From assembly GCA_963668315.1 (NCBI GenBank), contig OY764216.1, forward strand, positions 3,072,001-3,136,000: a DNA stretch of 64,000 nucleotides, read 5' to 3'. Under the pieces are notes generated by a model. It saw only the letters and a program-made list of their open reading frames with translations. It searched no databases and was not told where the DNA came from. The translations under genes were made by a program, and so were the position numbers. Shown piece after piece: positions 1-10,189 of this stretch; position 1 is the stretch's first letter, and each line of letters opens with the position of its first letter. This DNA is from Spirochaetia bacterium (GTDB lineage Bacteria; Spirochaetota; Spirochaetia; DSM-2461).

Positions 1-787
1 GCTTTTCGGGTTCGTATCGTGCGGGAATGATCCGTTCGATGAGTACGAGTCCCTGGAAAAAGATATGAAAACTCTGGAAAAAACCGTCAAGGATTTAAGC
101 GGCAGGAATCTGACATCGGAGGAAATCCTTGAGGGGCTTGGCGAGGGAGACCGTCTGGTTAAGAATCTGCAGGGCGGCCGTGATGAAATGGCCCGGGAGA
201 GGGAGAAACTCATTTCCGAATCCTATGAGCTGAACGGCAAGCGTATTGAAGCGCTGGAAAAAGGACGGTTCTCCCTCTATGAAGGAATGGATGATTTTCT
301 TGTGTGCTCCTATCGGATCTATGATGAAATCAAGAAAAACATGTATTACCACGAAAGGGAGTTGCTGAGCGGTACGCTGGAAAACGTTCAGAGGAATATC
401 ATATCCCTCATCCAGAGAGATCCGCCCCATAGCGCCAAATCCTCTTTCAGCTATTATAAGAATATTCCGAGTATCACCAGTCAGACAGCCGACGATGAGG
501 GTAACTGGTATTACACGATCAAAGTAAATATCGGATATAATTTTAATGAAAAAGATACTCAGACAATTTTAAATGCCAGCAAAGCAGCCCTGGGGGGGCT
601 GATACGCTCTTATTTCAGTTCCATGACGAAAGAGGAGTCTCTGACCCGGGATGAGGCTCATATTAAGGCAGGGCTGGTCATGGTTCTGAATGAGTATCTC
701 ATACAGTTTTCCCGATTCAAGGATAAAAAAATGGAAGGGGTCAAGCTGGTGACTTTCGACATGATTCAGTATTATGAATTTCAATAA
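1..787 (+). CDS. Lipoprotein with C-terminal FliL-like domain (5' truncated by window edge)
   Basis: Frame is open upstream of ATG 65 and reads LFGFVSCGNDPF (lipobox-like FVS|C). C-terminus IKVNIGY...LIRSYFSS...IK...LNEYL...F resembles FliL C-domains. Confidence 0.5.
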   Translation, partial: LFGFVSCGNDPFDEYESLEKDMKTLEKTVKDLSGRNLTSEEILEGLGEGDRLVKNLQGGRDEMAREREKLISESYELNGKRIEALEKGRFSLYEGMDDFLVCSYRIYDEIKKNMYYHERELLSGTLENVQRNIISLIQRDPPHSAKSSFSYYKNIPSITSQTADDEGNWYYTIKVNIGYNFNEKDTQTILNASKAALGGLIRSYFSSMTKEESLTRDEAHIKAGLVMVLNEYLIQFSRFKDKKMEGVKLVTFDMIQYYEFQ

Positions 788-830
788 AACGGCGGATTCG
801 AAGCAAGCTGCATAAATCTTCGGCAATCAC

Positions 831-859
831 TTGACTTTTTTGCTGCGGCAAGGTATTAT
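831..859 (+). promoter_or_regulatory. Sigma70-type promoter of rimP-nusA-infB operon
   Basis: TTGACT (831-836), 17 bp, TATTAT (854-859). Confidence 0.7.
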
Positions 860-886
860 CTAATTACAATTTAAGCACCGGAGAAG

Positions 887-914
887 AAGAGCCCTGCAAA
901 AGGCTCTTTTTTTT
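887..914 (+). terminator. Intrinsic terminator/attenuator in the rimP leader
   Basis: AAGAGCC-ctgcaaaa-GGCTCTT followed by a T run, between the promoter and the rimP ATG. Confidence 0.7.
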
Positions 915-946
915 ATGGTTTTATTTTTTATCATCCCTGCGATGGA

Positions 947-1414
947 ATGGAACGTGTTATGACCCTTGATGAACTGGAAAAAAATGAAGTGTTGCCTCTT
1001 CTCGAGAAAATGGGGTATTCTCTTGTGGAATTATCTCAGTCTTCCCGGAAAGGAAGCCTTACTCTTCATATCGTTGTTTATAAGCAGGACGGCGTATCCA
1101 TTGACGATTGTACCAAAATTCACAGAGCCCTTACTCCTCGGCTGGAAATGGTAATGGCTCCCGCCGATCTCTATATTGAGATCAGTTCTCCCGGATTAAG
1201 CCGGAAATTCAAGTCCGAGAAAGAGTATGCCGCCTTTAAGGGAAGGGCTGTCAAAGTCCTTCGGGACGGCATGAATGAATGGGACCGGGGTGTTATATCC
1301 GAGGTCGATGATAAAAGTGTAACCCTGACTCTTCCGGAGGGAGAGACGTTGAATATAGCCTTTAGTACGATAAAAAAGGGGAAATTTGATTATGAAAGAG
1401 AGAACCGGAAATGA
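947..1414 (+). CDS. rimP: Ribosome maturation factor RimP
   Basis: GVSIDDC and IEISSPGLSR motifs; directly upstream of nusA. Confidence 0.93.
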   Translation: MERVMTLDELEKNEVLPLLEKMGYSLVELSQSSRKGSLTLHIVVYKQDGVSIDDCTKIHRALTPRLEMVMAPADLYIEISSPGLSRKFKSEKEYAAFKGRAVKVLRDGMNEWDRGVISEVDDKSVTLTLPEGETLNIAFSTIKKGKFDYERENRK

Positions 1415-2934
1415 TTTCTGATTTTGCCGATGCTATCAGAGGATTGCAGGACGAGCGCGGAATCTCCGAGGAATTGGTCCTTAAGACCGTAGAGGAATTT
1501 CTGCTGGCCGCTTACAAGCGCAAATTCGGCACTGATGAAAATGCCGTTGTCAAGTTTGATCTGGAGAATACCGGTGTAGCCATATATGCGAAGAAGCGGA
1601 TTGTCGATGAGGATGACTTCTATGATCCGGTCTCCGAAATCGTTCTTGAGGAGGCTCTGGAACTCAGTGAAGAGTGTGAACTCGGCGATGAGCTCCTTAT
1701 CGAAATCGACACCAGCGAATTCGATCGTGTCGCCGTTCAGAGCGCCAAGCAGAAAGCCCGTCAGAATCTCCGGGAGATTCAGAAGGATACTCTTTATTCA
1801 GAGTTCAAGGATAAAGAGGGTGAAATGATTATCGGTTATTATCAGAGGGAGAAAAACGGAAATATTTTCGTTGACCTCGGTAAGACGGAAGGTATTCTTC
1901 CCCGTAAGTATCAGTCCCCCCGTGAAGAGTATACCCAGGGAGACAGAATCAAAGCGTATATCTTTGAAGTGAACAAGACTCAGAGCGGTCTTCAGATCGT
2001 TCTTTCCAGAACTCATACGGAATTTGTCCGCTGTCTCTTTGAACTGGAAGTGCCTGAGATCTATGACAATACGGTTGAAGTTCATAAAATTGTACGGGAG
2101 CCGGGATACAGGACGAAAATCGCTGTTTATTCCAATCGGGATGAAGTTGATCCCATTGGCGCCTGCGTCGGCCTTAAGGGAGTGAGAATCCAGTCCATCG
2201 TAAGAGAGCTTGAAGGGGAAAAGATCGATATTCTCCGTTATGATCCGGAACCGACGGTTTTTATCAAAAATGCTCTGTCTCCGGCAAGGGTTCTCGATGT
2301 AATTGTCCTCAGCGGTTCCAAGAGACAGGCGCTCGCCATTGTTCCCGATGATCAGCTTTCCCTGGCAATCGGAAAGCAGGGGCTCAATGTCAGACTGGCG
2401 AACAGGCTGGCTGACTGGAACATAGATGTGAAAACCGAAGAGCAGTTCTCCGAGATGGAATATTCTCAGGAAATCAGCCGCGAAGCATCCTCTCTCTTTG
2501 AAGATATGGATGAAGAGGGTGAGGAAATCACCCGCATTTCCGAGCTGCCCGGTCTTTCTCCGAGATTGGGTTCCATACTGGTTGAAAACGGCATTGAGAT
2601 GATTGAGTCTCTCGTGGCTCAGAACTTGGATGAGCTATCCTCCATACAGGGTATAACCGATGAGGATATCGATGAAATCCGCGGTATCATTGAAGAGACT
2701 GTGGAGATCGTCGAGGAAGAGGGTGCCTATGAGGAAAACATGGAATCCGAAGACGTCGAAGCCGAAGAGGACGATGTCTACGAAGAGGAAGGCGATGAGT
2801 ATGAATGTCCCGAATGCGGCGGCGTGATTACTCTCGATATGGAGGTTTGTCCCAACTGCGGTGTGGGATTAAGCTTCGAGATTGAAGACGAAGAAAACGA
2901 AACATTAGATGATGAGGGAGAAGATGAGGAATAG
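1411..2934 (+). CDS. nusA: Transcription termination factor NusA with acidic C-terminal Zn ribbon
   Basis: S1 and KH motifs (REPGYRTKIAV, GACVG, AIGKQGLNVRLA); tail CPECG..CPNCG; ATGA overlap with rimP. Confidence 0.97.
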   Translation: MISDFADAIRGLQDERGISEELVLKTVEEFLLAAYKRKFGTDENAVVKFDLENTGVAIYAKKRIVDEDDFYDPVSEIVLEEALELSEECELGDELLIEIDTSEFDRVAVQSAKQKARQNLREIQKDTLYSEFKDKEGEMIIGYYQREKNGNIFVDLGKTEGILPRKYQSPREEYTQGDRIKAYIFEVNKTQSGLQIVLSRTHTEFVRCLFELEVPEIYDNTVEVHKIVREPGYRTKIAVYSNRDEVDPIGACVGLKGVRIQSIVRELEGEKIDILRYDPEPTVFIKNALSPARVLDVIVLSGSKRQALAIVPDDQLSLAIGKQGLNVRLANRLADWNIDVKTEEQFSEMEYSQEISREASSLFEDMDEEGEEITRISELPGLSPRLGSILVENGIEMIESLVAQNLDELSSIQGITDEDIDEIRGIIEETVEIVEEEGAYEENMESEDVEAEEDDVYEEEGDEYECPECGGVITLDMEVCPNCGVGLSFEIEDEENETLDDEGEDEE

Positions 2935-2982
2935 GTCCGCCGGATTATCTCCCGTCGGAAACCGGCCTTAAATCAGGGGTAT

Positions 2983-5793
2983 ATGTCAGAAGAACAGGAT
3001 AAGAAAAAAACAAAAGTAACATTGATTAAGCATCAGCACCAGAAACCGGAAGCGGCCGCCGCCAGCGAATCGCCCACGGAAAAGAAGAAGGTGGTTGTTG
3101 TCAAGAAAAAGGTAGTTGTGAAGAAATCTTCCAAGCCTTCTCCTAAAGTAACAGAATCGCCCCAGGGCGAAGCTTCTCAGGAAAAAAAAGCCAAGGAGTA
3201 CAGGGAGGAAAAGGTGTCTTCTGACTCTACCGAAAAAAAACAAACCCGCAATCAGGGTGATGAAAACATCAAGGAAAAACCCTCTTCTGACGGTGCCCCG
3301 TCCCATTCTCGCAGCAGAACGTCCGATTCCGCTCCCAGAACGACGGCTCCCCGCTCAGCCGGCAGAACCGGCGCGCCCCGGTCCGCAGGCCGCGTAGGCG
3401 GTCCCCGTTCGGCAGGACGTGTAGGGGGAGCTCCCCGGGAACGTTCCGGCGGGTATAACGATAACCGCTCTGGCGGTTACAACGACAACCGTTCCGGCGG
3501 GTACAGCGATAATCGTTCCGGCGGTTACAACGACAACCGTTCCGGCGGGTACAATGACAACCGTTCCGGCGGGTATAACGGAAATCGTTCCGGCGGCTAT
3601 AACAGCCGTCCCGGCGGGTATAACAGCAACAGAACCGGCGGCGGGTACAATAATAACCGTCCCGGCGGCTACAATAACAATAGGCCCGGCGGTGGTTTTA
3701 ATAATAACCGTCCCGGCGGCTACAACAACAATAGACCCGGCGGCTTTAACAACAACAGACCCGGTGGCGGTTATAATAACAACCGACCCGGTGGCGGCGG
3801 TTTCAACAATAACCGGACAGGCGGTCCCAGGCCCGGCGGTTTCAACCGTCCCGGCGGCGGAAGCGGAGGCGGTGCTTCTCCCATTCCCGAGAACCAGGGA
3901 AAGAGCAGCGGGTCTAAGAAATTTTTCAAATCCAAGAAGAAGGATTACCATAAGAAAAAAGACGAATCTTCCGAAAAGATACTCCAGTATAAGAAGAAAG
4001 CCGTCAATCAGACCAATCCTGTTCCCAAAGAGATTGATATTATGGAGGTCATTACCGTCTCGGAACTGGCCAGAAAGCTGAATCTCAAAGCTTCCGATCT
4101 CATTTCCAAGCTCATGGGCATGGGAATGATGGTTACCATAAATCAGCAGATCGATGCGGAAACAGCCACGATCCTGGCGGACGAATTCGGCTGTAAGGTC
4201 AATATTGTTTCTCTTTATGAAGAGACGATTATCGAAAGCGTGGAAGACAAGGAAGAGGATCTCACCCCCCGTCCCCCCATTGTAACCGTAATGGGACACG
4301 TCGACCATGGTAAGACGAAACTTCTCGATGCCATACGTACCACTAATGTGGTGGCAGGAGAGTTCGGCGGTATCACGCAGCATATCGGAGCATATAAGGT
4401 TCACACCAGCCGTGGTGAGATCACTTTCCTCGATACTCCCGGTCATGCGGCATTTACTCTCATGAGAGCCCGGGGAGCGCAGATCACCGATATTGTCATC
4501 CTCGTGGTAGCGGCCAATGACGGTGTTATGCCCCAGACAAGAGAAGCAATCAATCACGCCAAGGAAGCCGGTGTACCCATCATTGTTGCGGTAAATAAGA
4601 TGGATCTCCCCGATGCAAATCCCGACAAGATCAAACAGCAGCTTTCTGAATATGAGATTCTGTCTGAAGACTGGGGCGGAAGCAATCAGTTCTGTTATAT
4701 CTCCGCTCTTAAGAGAGAAGGTATCGGTGAACTGCTCGATACGGTTCTTCTGGAATCGGAAATGCTCGATCTCAGAGCCAACTGGAACTGCCGTGCCGAA
4801 GGTAAGGTTATTGAGTCCCGTGTTGATCAGGGTAGGGGTACCGTCTCCACCGTGCTTATTGAAAAGGGTGTCCTGAGAGTAGGGGATTCTTTCGTCGCCG
4901 GTATTTTCGCCGGTAAGGTCCGGGCCATGTTCGATGATCACGGCCAGCGGGTAGATGAGGCGACTCCTTCCACTCCTGTCGAGATTATCGGTATCACGGG
5001 AGTTCCCGATTCGGGCGATCCCTTCCAGGTTACGGAAAACGACAGGGAAGCAAAGTCCTATGCCCAGAAGCGTCAGGAGCTCAAGAAAGTAGAAGAAGCG
5101 AAGAATGTCAAGAAAATCACTCTGGACAATCTTTATGACTCTATTCAGGATGGAGAGGTTCAGGAACTTAAGGTCATCATCAAGGGTGACGTTCACGGTT
5201 CCGTGGAAGCCCTTAAGGCAACCCTCGAGAAACTTTCCACCAAGGAAATCCGGCTGGTATGTATCCATGCCGCTGCCGGTGCCATTATTGAAAGTGATGT
5301 AACCCTGGCGGCCGCTTCCAATGCGATTATTATCGGTTTTCATGTCCGACCCACGGCAAAGGCTCAGGCTGTCGCCGAGCAGGAAAAGGTTGAAATCCGC
5401 AAGTATAACATCATTTATGATGCCGAGCAGGATATCAAGAGCGCCATGGAAGGAATGCTGGCTCCCGAACTTTCCGAGGAAGTCGTCGGACGTGTTCAGG
5501 TACGTGAAGTCTTCAAGGTGCCCAAGGTTGGTCTTGTCGCCGGTTGTATGGTTCTTTCCGGTACCGTTTCCAGAAAGAGCAATATCCATCTCATCCGAGA
5601 GGAGATTGAGATACATACGGGCGTCGTAAGTCAGCTCAAGCGCTTTAAGGATGATGCCAAGGAAGTCCGTGAAGGATTCGAATGTGGTATTTCTCTGGAG
5701 AACTTCCAGGATATCCAGGTCGGAGACGAGATGGAGGTTTTCGAAATGAAGGAAACCGCACGTAAACTGGGAGAGCCTACCGCGAATGAATGA
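2983..5793 (+). CDS. infB: Translation initiation factor IF-2
   Basis: [13 protein letters not shown] and NKMD GTPase motifs; C-terminal [16 protein letters not shown]. Confidence 0.98.
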   Translation: MSEEQDKKKTKVTLIKHQHQKPEAAAASESPTEKKKVVVVKKKVVVKKSSKPSPKVTESPQGEASQEKKAKEYREEKVSSDSTEKKQTRNQGDENIKEKPSSDGAPSHSRSRTSDSAPRTTAPRSAGRTGAPRSAGRVGGPRSAGRVGGAPRERSGGYNDNRSGGYNDNRSGGYSDNRSGGYNDNRSGGYNDNRSGGYNGNRSGGYNSRPGGYNSNRTGGGYNNNRPGGYNNNRPGGGFNNNRPGGYNNNRPGGFNNNRPGGGYNNNRPGGGGFNNNRTGGPRPGGFNRPGGGSGGGASPIPENQGKSSGSKKFFKSKKKDYHKKKDESSEKILQYKKKAVNQTNPVPKEIDIMEVITVSELARKLNLKASDLISKLMGMGMMVTINQQIDAETATILADEFGCKVNIVSLYEETIIESVEDKEEDLTPRPPIVTVMGHVDHGKTKLLDAIRTTNVVAGEFGGITQHIGAYKVHTSRGEITFLDTPGHAAFTLMRARGAQITDIVILVVAANDGVMPQTREAINHAKEAGVPIIVAVNKMDLPDANPDKIKQQLSEYEILSEDWGGSNQFCYISALKREGIGELLDTVLLESEMLDLRANWNCRAEGKVIESRVDQGRGTVSTVLIEKGVLRVGDSFVAGIFAGKVRAMFDDHGQRVDEATPSTPVEIIGITGVPDSGDPFQVTENDREAKSYAQKRQELKKVEEAKNVKKITLDNLYDSIQDGEVQELKVIIKGDVHGSVEALKATLEKLSTKEIRLVCIHAAAGAIIESDVTLAAASNAIIIGFHVRPTAKAQAVAEQEKVEIRKYNIIYDAEQDIKSAMEGMLAPELSEEVVGRVQVREVFKVPKVGLVAGCMVLSGTVSRKSNIHLIREEIEIHTGVVSQLKRFKDDAKEVREGFECGISLENFQDIQVGDEMEVFEMKETARKLGEPTANE
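3442..3860 (+). repeat. In-frame coding tandem repeats: about 6-7 x 24 bp RSGGYNDN, then RPGG(G)Y/FNNN units
   Basis: Units such as cgttccggcgggtataacgataac at 3442, 3466, 3490, 3514, 3538, 3562; directly adjacent, no spacers. Confidence 0.9.
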
Positions 5794-6163
5794 GGTAAGA
5801 CGCAAGAGGGTGGAAAGCCTGATCAGAGATCTGGTAAGTCAGCTCATCGTGACCGGTGAGATCAAAGATCCCCGGGTTTCCACTTTTATCTCCATAACAA
5901 GGGTTGAAACGGCCAAGGACGTGACAACAGCCCGAATTTACGTCTCTTCCATAGAGAGTGAAGACGCTCTGAATAGAGCGGTGAAGGGGTTGAATAATGC
6001 GGCCGGCTTCATTCAGAACACCATAGGTAAGGGGTTGAGGATGAGATCCACCCCCCGGTTGAAGTTTTATCCTGATTTTTCCCTTAAGGAGGGATTTGAG
6101 ATAAGCAGAAAGCTGGACGAATTGAATATAGAGAGCAAGGAAGAGAATGGGGACAATCCCTGA
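5786..6163 (+). CDS. rbfA: Ribosome-binding factor A
   Basis: IKDPR, AAGFIQ and TPRLKFYPD motifs; follows infB. Confidence 0.95.
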   Translation: MNEVRRKRVESLIRDLVSQLIVTGEIKDPRVSTFISITRVETAKDVTTARIYVSSIESEDALNRAVKGLNNAAGFIQNTIGKGLRMRSTPRLKFYPDFSLKEGFEISRKLDELNIESKEENGDNP

Positions 6164-7049
6164 ATCAGAAAATCCCCGGGAAAATACTCCCCGGGGTATA
6201 CTTCTAATGAACAAGCCCGCCGGGAGAACATCGTTTCAATCCCTGGGGGCCGTTAAAAAAGTTTTCCGCACAAGGAAAGTCGGACATACGGGTACGCTGG
6301 ATAAATTCGCCAGCGGCCTTATGATTGTTCTTGTCGGAAAATATACCAAGCTTAATGCCATATTTACCGGTATGGATAAGACCTATGAGGCCATCATCCG
6401 TTTCGGTGCCGAGACGGATACTCTTGATCCGGAAGGCGAGATTGTCGCTGAGGCTCCCGTTCCGGATTTTTCGGATATTGAATCTGCCTTAAGCGGTTTT
6501 CTCGGAAATCAGAATCAGATCCCTCCCCGTTATTCCGCCATTCATATTAATGGAAAACGTTCCTGGAAACTGGCCCGGGAAGGGGTGGAAGTTGAGATGA
6601 AAAGCCGCCCTGTGCGGATTGATTCCCTTGAGATTCTTAACTGGGATGGTTCCGAACTGGGTCTGAGAGTCAGTTGTTCCAGCGGTACTTATATCCGTTC
6701 TCTCGCCAGAGACCTGGCTCTGTCCTGCGGAAGCAGGGCGTATCTGACGGGGCTGGTAAGAACCAGGGTCGGACAGTTCACCCTGGCCGAAGCCTGCGAT
6801 ATTGATGGTGAGGCCGATCCTCCCGGTCTCTTTTCCCTTGCCGATACGGCCGATCGAATGCCTTTTGCCGGAAAAGTGGTTCTTGACGGGACGCAGAAAG
6901 CTCTGGTCGGCTACGGTGTTCCGGTGGATAGATTTCTCGCCCCTGTCGATTATCATGAAGGCCTCTATCCTCTTTTCGGTGAAGAGGGAGATCTGCTTGC
7001 CCTAATGGAAAAGCGGGAGAACAGGCTGAAATATCGTTTCGTCATGTAG
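6147..7049 (+). CDS. truB: tRNA pseudouridine(55) synthase
   Basis: KVGHTGTLD, QIPPRYSA, CSSGTYIRSLARDL. Confidence 0.96.
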   Translation: MGTIPESENPRENTPRGILLMNKPAGRTSFQSLGAVKKVFRTRKVGHTGTLDKFASGLMIVLVGKYTKLNAIFTGMDKTYEAIIRFGAETDTLDPEGEIVAEAPVPDFSDIESALSGFLGNQNQIPPRYSAIHINGKRSWKLAREGVEVEMKSRPVRIDSLEILNWDGSELGLRVSCSSGTYIRSLARDLALSCGSRAYLTGLVRTRVGQFTLAEACDIDGEADPPGLFSLADTADRMPFAGKVVLDGTQKALVGYGVPVDRFLAPVDYHEGLYPLFGEEGDLLALMEKRENRLKYRFVM

Positions 7050-7114
7050 GTAATTGGTTTCTTAAGTCTTATTGTTCCTTGACTTAATGGGGCCATTGAT
7101 ATAAATTGAATCAA

Positions 7115-7251
7115 ATGCTTTTTTCGGACTTCTGTTTTCCTGGAAGGTGTTACTTTCCTTTTAAACGGTATGGATCGGGAAAAGGCCGGATTTACCTTGT
7201 CCGCAAATCAAAATTTACGTAAAGGGATGAAAATATCCCGAGGAGACACAC
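7115..7251 (+). promoter_or_regulatory. Structured rpsO leader, candidate S15 autoregulatory RNA
   Basis: Pairings 7117-7125 with 7178-7186, ctgttt with aaacgg, and a GGAAGG/CTTTCC hairpin; TTGACT at 7079 upstream. Confidence 0.4.
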
Positions 7252-7518
7252 ATGTTGACAGTTGAAGACAAAAAAAATATTGTTGCCGAATTCGGCAAGG
7301 ATGCAAATGATACGGGATCTGCAGAAGTACAGATCGCCCTTCTGACTAAGAGAATCGAAGATCTCACCGATCACTTTAAGGAGCACAAGAAAGACCATGC
7401 TTCCAGAAGAGGACTTCTGAAAATGGTAGGTCAGAGAAGAAGACTTCTCCGCTACCTCAAGAAGAAAGACCTTGATGGTTACCGTGCCCTCATCGGCAAA
7501 CTCGGACTCAGAAAGTAA
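7252..7518 (+). CDS. rpsO: 30S ribosomal protein S15
   Basis: [13 protein letters not shown]...[22 protein letters not shown]. Confidence 0.98.
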   Translation: MLTVEDKKNIVAEFGKDANDTGSAEVQIALLTKRIEDLTDHFKEHKKDHASRRGLLKMVGQRRRLLRYLKKKDLDGYRALIGKLGLRK

Positions 7519-7533
7519 GACAAAGGAAGTTAA

Positions 7534-9660
7534 ATGGAAACTGCTCGATTAAAAATTGGAGAGGAAGAGTTAATCCTCGAAACTGGAAAAATTGCAAAGC
7601 AGGCTAATGGTGCTGTTATGGCACGCTACGGCGGCTCGGTGGTTAATGCCACCGTTTGCTGCAGTTCCGAACCCCGGGAAGGGCTGGATTTCGTTCCCCT
7701 TTCCGTGGATTACAATGAAAGGTACTACGCTGCCGGTAAAATCCCCGGCGGATTTCTTAAAAGAGAGGCCAGGCCCAAGGATAAGGAAATCCTCGTTTCC
7801 CGTCTGATAGACAGACCGATGAGACCCCTTTTCTACAAGGCTTTCGGCCGTGAAATCCAGGTTGTTCCCATGACGGTTTCAACCGACCAGATCAATCCCC
7901 CCGACATGGTGGGTATGATCGCCGCCTTTGCGGCTGTCATGGTTTCCGACATTCCCTTCAACGGACCTGTCGCTGCTGTAAGAGTGGGACTGGTTGACGG
8001 GGAGTACCTGATTAATCCTACCTTCGAACAGATCGAAAAAGCCGATCTCGACATAGTCGTGGCTGGTACGAACGAAGGTATCTGCATGGTAGAAGGCGGC
8101 GCTCACGAAGTATCGGAAGCGCAGATGCTCGAGGCCATCAACAAGGCTGAGGTTTCCATTAAGGAAATCTGTGCGTTCCTTGAAGATTTCGCTTCCCGCT
8201 GCGGCAAGGAAAAACTTCCCCTCGTGGAAGTGACAACCGTGCTGGAAAAGAAGGATGAGATCTGGAATGAAGCCTTTGAACCCATGAAGAAGGCTCTTTT
8301 TCTTGATGACAAGCTCCTGAGACATCAGGGCGTCAGAGAGATCAAAGCCGGCTTGAGAGTCAAATATTCCGAATACATCACCGATGAAAACGGAATGCTT
8401 TTTGACGGGATATTCGAAGATATCGAAAGAGAGATCATAAGAAAATCCATTCTGGAGAATAATAAGCGGTGCGACGGTAGAAAAACCGACGAAATCCGGC
8501 CTATTACCTGTGAGAATGATATTCTTCCCCGTGCTCACGGATCGGCTCTCTTTACCCGGGGCGAAACCCAGTCTCTTGGTGTGACAACCCTCGGTACCGT
8601 AATGGATGAGCAGATCATGGATGATATTGATGGAGACAGAAGAACAAACTTTATGCTCCATTATAACTTTCCTCCCTACTCCGTAGGCGAGACGGGAAGG
8701 CTTTCTACAGGACGCCGGGAGATCGGACACGGTCACCTTGCCCAGAGAGCCCTGGAACCTATCCTTCCTCCCAAGGAAAGTTTTCCCTATACCATCCGGG
8801 TCGTCTCCGAGATTATGGAATCAAACGGTTCCTCTTCTCAAGCAACGATCTGTTCGGGAACATTGTCACTGCTCGATGCCGGTGTACCCATCAAGGCTCC
8901 CGTTGCGGGAATCGCCATGGGGCTTATCTCTGAAAGTGACGATAAATATGCCGTTCTGTCCGATATTCTCGGTGAAGAGGATCATATGGGCGACATGGAT
9001 TTCAAGGTAGCCGGAACGGAAAAGGGTATTACCGCTTTCCAGATGGATATCAAGATCTCCCATGTAACCGTTGATCTTATGAAGAATGCCATGGAGCAGG
9101 CCCGTCTGGGCAGACTCCACATCCTCGGGGAAATGGCCAAGTGCCTGTCCGTACCCAGTGAGAATGTCTCCATGTACGCTCCGAAGATTATCAGCCTTAA
9201 GGTTGAGGAAGACAAAATCGGCGCCGTTATCGGACCGGGTGGAAAAATCATTAAAGGTATTTCCGAAAAAACCGGAGCCAAAGTCAATATTGACGACGAC
9301 GGTACGGTTACCATCTCTGCCAAAGAGAGACTGGGAGCCGAAGAAGCCGAAAAAATGGTTCGCGCCATTGTGGAAGAACCGGAAGTGGGTACGATTTACC
9401 ATGGAACTGTTAAAAGAATCATGGATTTCGGAGCCTTTATTGAGATCCTTCCCGGTAAGGAAGGCCTCTGCCATATCTCACGCATATCGAAAGATCGCGT
9501 AGAAAAGGTAACCGATGTTCTTCAGGAAAATCAGGAAGTGGAAGTCAGACTTATCGAAGTCGATAGGGTCGGACGTCTGAACTTGAGTATTGTAGATGCT
9601 CAGAATCCCGATTGGAAACCCCGGGGAGGCGGTCGTCCTTCCAGCGGTGGAAGACGCTGA
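7534..9660 (+). CDS. pnp: Polyribonucleotide nucleotidyltransferase
   Basis: Two RNase PH domains ([22 protein letters not shown]) plus KH and S1. Confidence 0.98.
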   Translation: METARLKIGEEELILETGKIAKQANGAVMARYGGSVVNATVCCSSEPREGLDFVPLSVDYNERYYAAGKIPGGFLKREARPKDKEILVSRLIDRPMRPLFYKAFGREIQVVPMTVSTDQINPPDMVGMIAAFAAVMVSDIPFNGPVAAVRVGLVDGEYLINPTFEQIEKADLDIVVAGTNEGICMVEGGAHEVSEAQMLEAINKAEVSIKEICAFLEDFASRCGKEKLPLVEVTTVLEKKDEIWNEAFEPMKKALFLDDKLLRHQGVREIKAGLRVKYSEYITDENGMLFDGIFEDIEREIIRKSILENNKRCDGRKTDEIRPITCENDILPRAHGSALFTRGETQSLGVTTLGTVMDEQIMDDIDGDRRTNFMLHYNFPPYSVGETGRLSTGRREIGHGHLAQRALEPILPPKESFPYTIRVVSEIMESNGSSSQATICSGTLSLLDAGVPIKAPVAGIAMGLISESDDKYAVLSDILGEEDHMGDMDFKVAGTEKGITAFQMDIKISHVTVDLMKNAMEQARLGRLHILGEMAKCLSVPSENVSMYAPKIISLKVEEDKIGAVIGPGGKIIKGISEKTGAKVNIDDDGTVTISAKERLGAEEAEKMVRAIVEEPEVGTIYHGTVKRIMDFGAFIEILPGKEGLCHISRISKDRVEKVTDVLQENQEVEVRLIEVDRVGRLNLSIVDAQNPDWKPRGGGRPSSGGRR

Positions 9661-9676
9661 ACACCTTTAGGTAAAG

Positions 9677-9703
9677 AAGTCCCCTGACGGGGGCTTTTTT
9701 TTT
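9677..9703 (+). terminator. Intrinsic terminator after pnp
   Basis: AAGTCCCC-tgac-GGGGGCTT followed by a T run. Confidence 0.8.
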
Positions 9704-9748
9704 GCCCATAATTGTCAGAATCGGACAATGCTGATAAAATAGGGTTTA

Positions 9749-10189
9749 ATGATGAATGAAGTGAAAATATACTATACAGGAGAGGGCATAACTCCCCCCC
9801 ATTATCAATCCCACGGTGCGGCAGGGGCAGATGTTTATGCCCATCTTAATGAACCGGTAATCGTAAAGCCCATGGAAAGGGTAATGATCCCCACCGGTAT
9901 GTCCATTGCTCTGCCCGAAGGCTATGAAGCGCAGATACGTCCCCGTTCGGGATTGGCCTGGAAACAGGGACTGACTGTTTTGAACAGCCCCGGGACGATT
10001 GATTGTGATTACAGGGGCGAAGTGAGAATCCTCCTTATCAATCTGGGAGACAAGGAAGTCCTGATTTCCCATGGAGACCGCATCGCCCAGATGGTTATTG
10101 CACCCTATATACAGGGAAAATTCATTCAGACTGACTCTTTGGACGAAACAGATAGAGGAGAGGGAGGATTCGGTTCCACCGGTGTATAA
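9749..10189 (+). CDS. dut: dUTP diphosphatase
   Basis: AAGAD, RPRSGLA, NSPGTIDCDYRGE, RGEGGFGSTG. Confidence 0.96.
   Translation: MMNEVKIYYTGEGITPPHYQSHGAAGADVYAHLNEPVIVKPMERVMIPTGMSIALPEGYEAQIRPRSGLAWKQGLTVLNSPGTIDCDYRGEVRILLINLGDKEVLISHGDRIAQMVIAPYIQGKFIQTDSLDETDRGEGGFGSTGV

Noticed and set aside
3442..3860. 24-bp repeats as a CRISPR array
   Set aside because: Directly tandem, no unique spacers, in frame within infB, no cas genes.
3355..5805. 816-aa antisense ORF over infB, and similar antisense ORFs over pnp, murJ, metY, rnfC and the CCC transporter
   Set aside because: Shadow ORFs of well-supported sense genes, with no motifs of their own.
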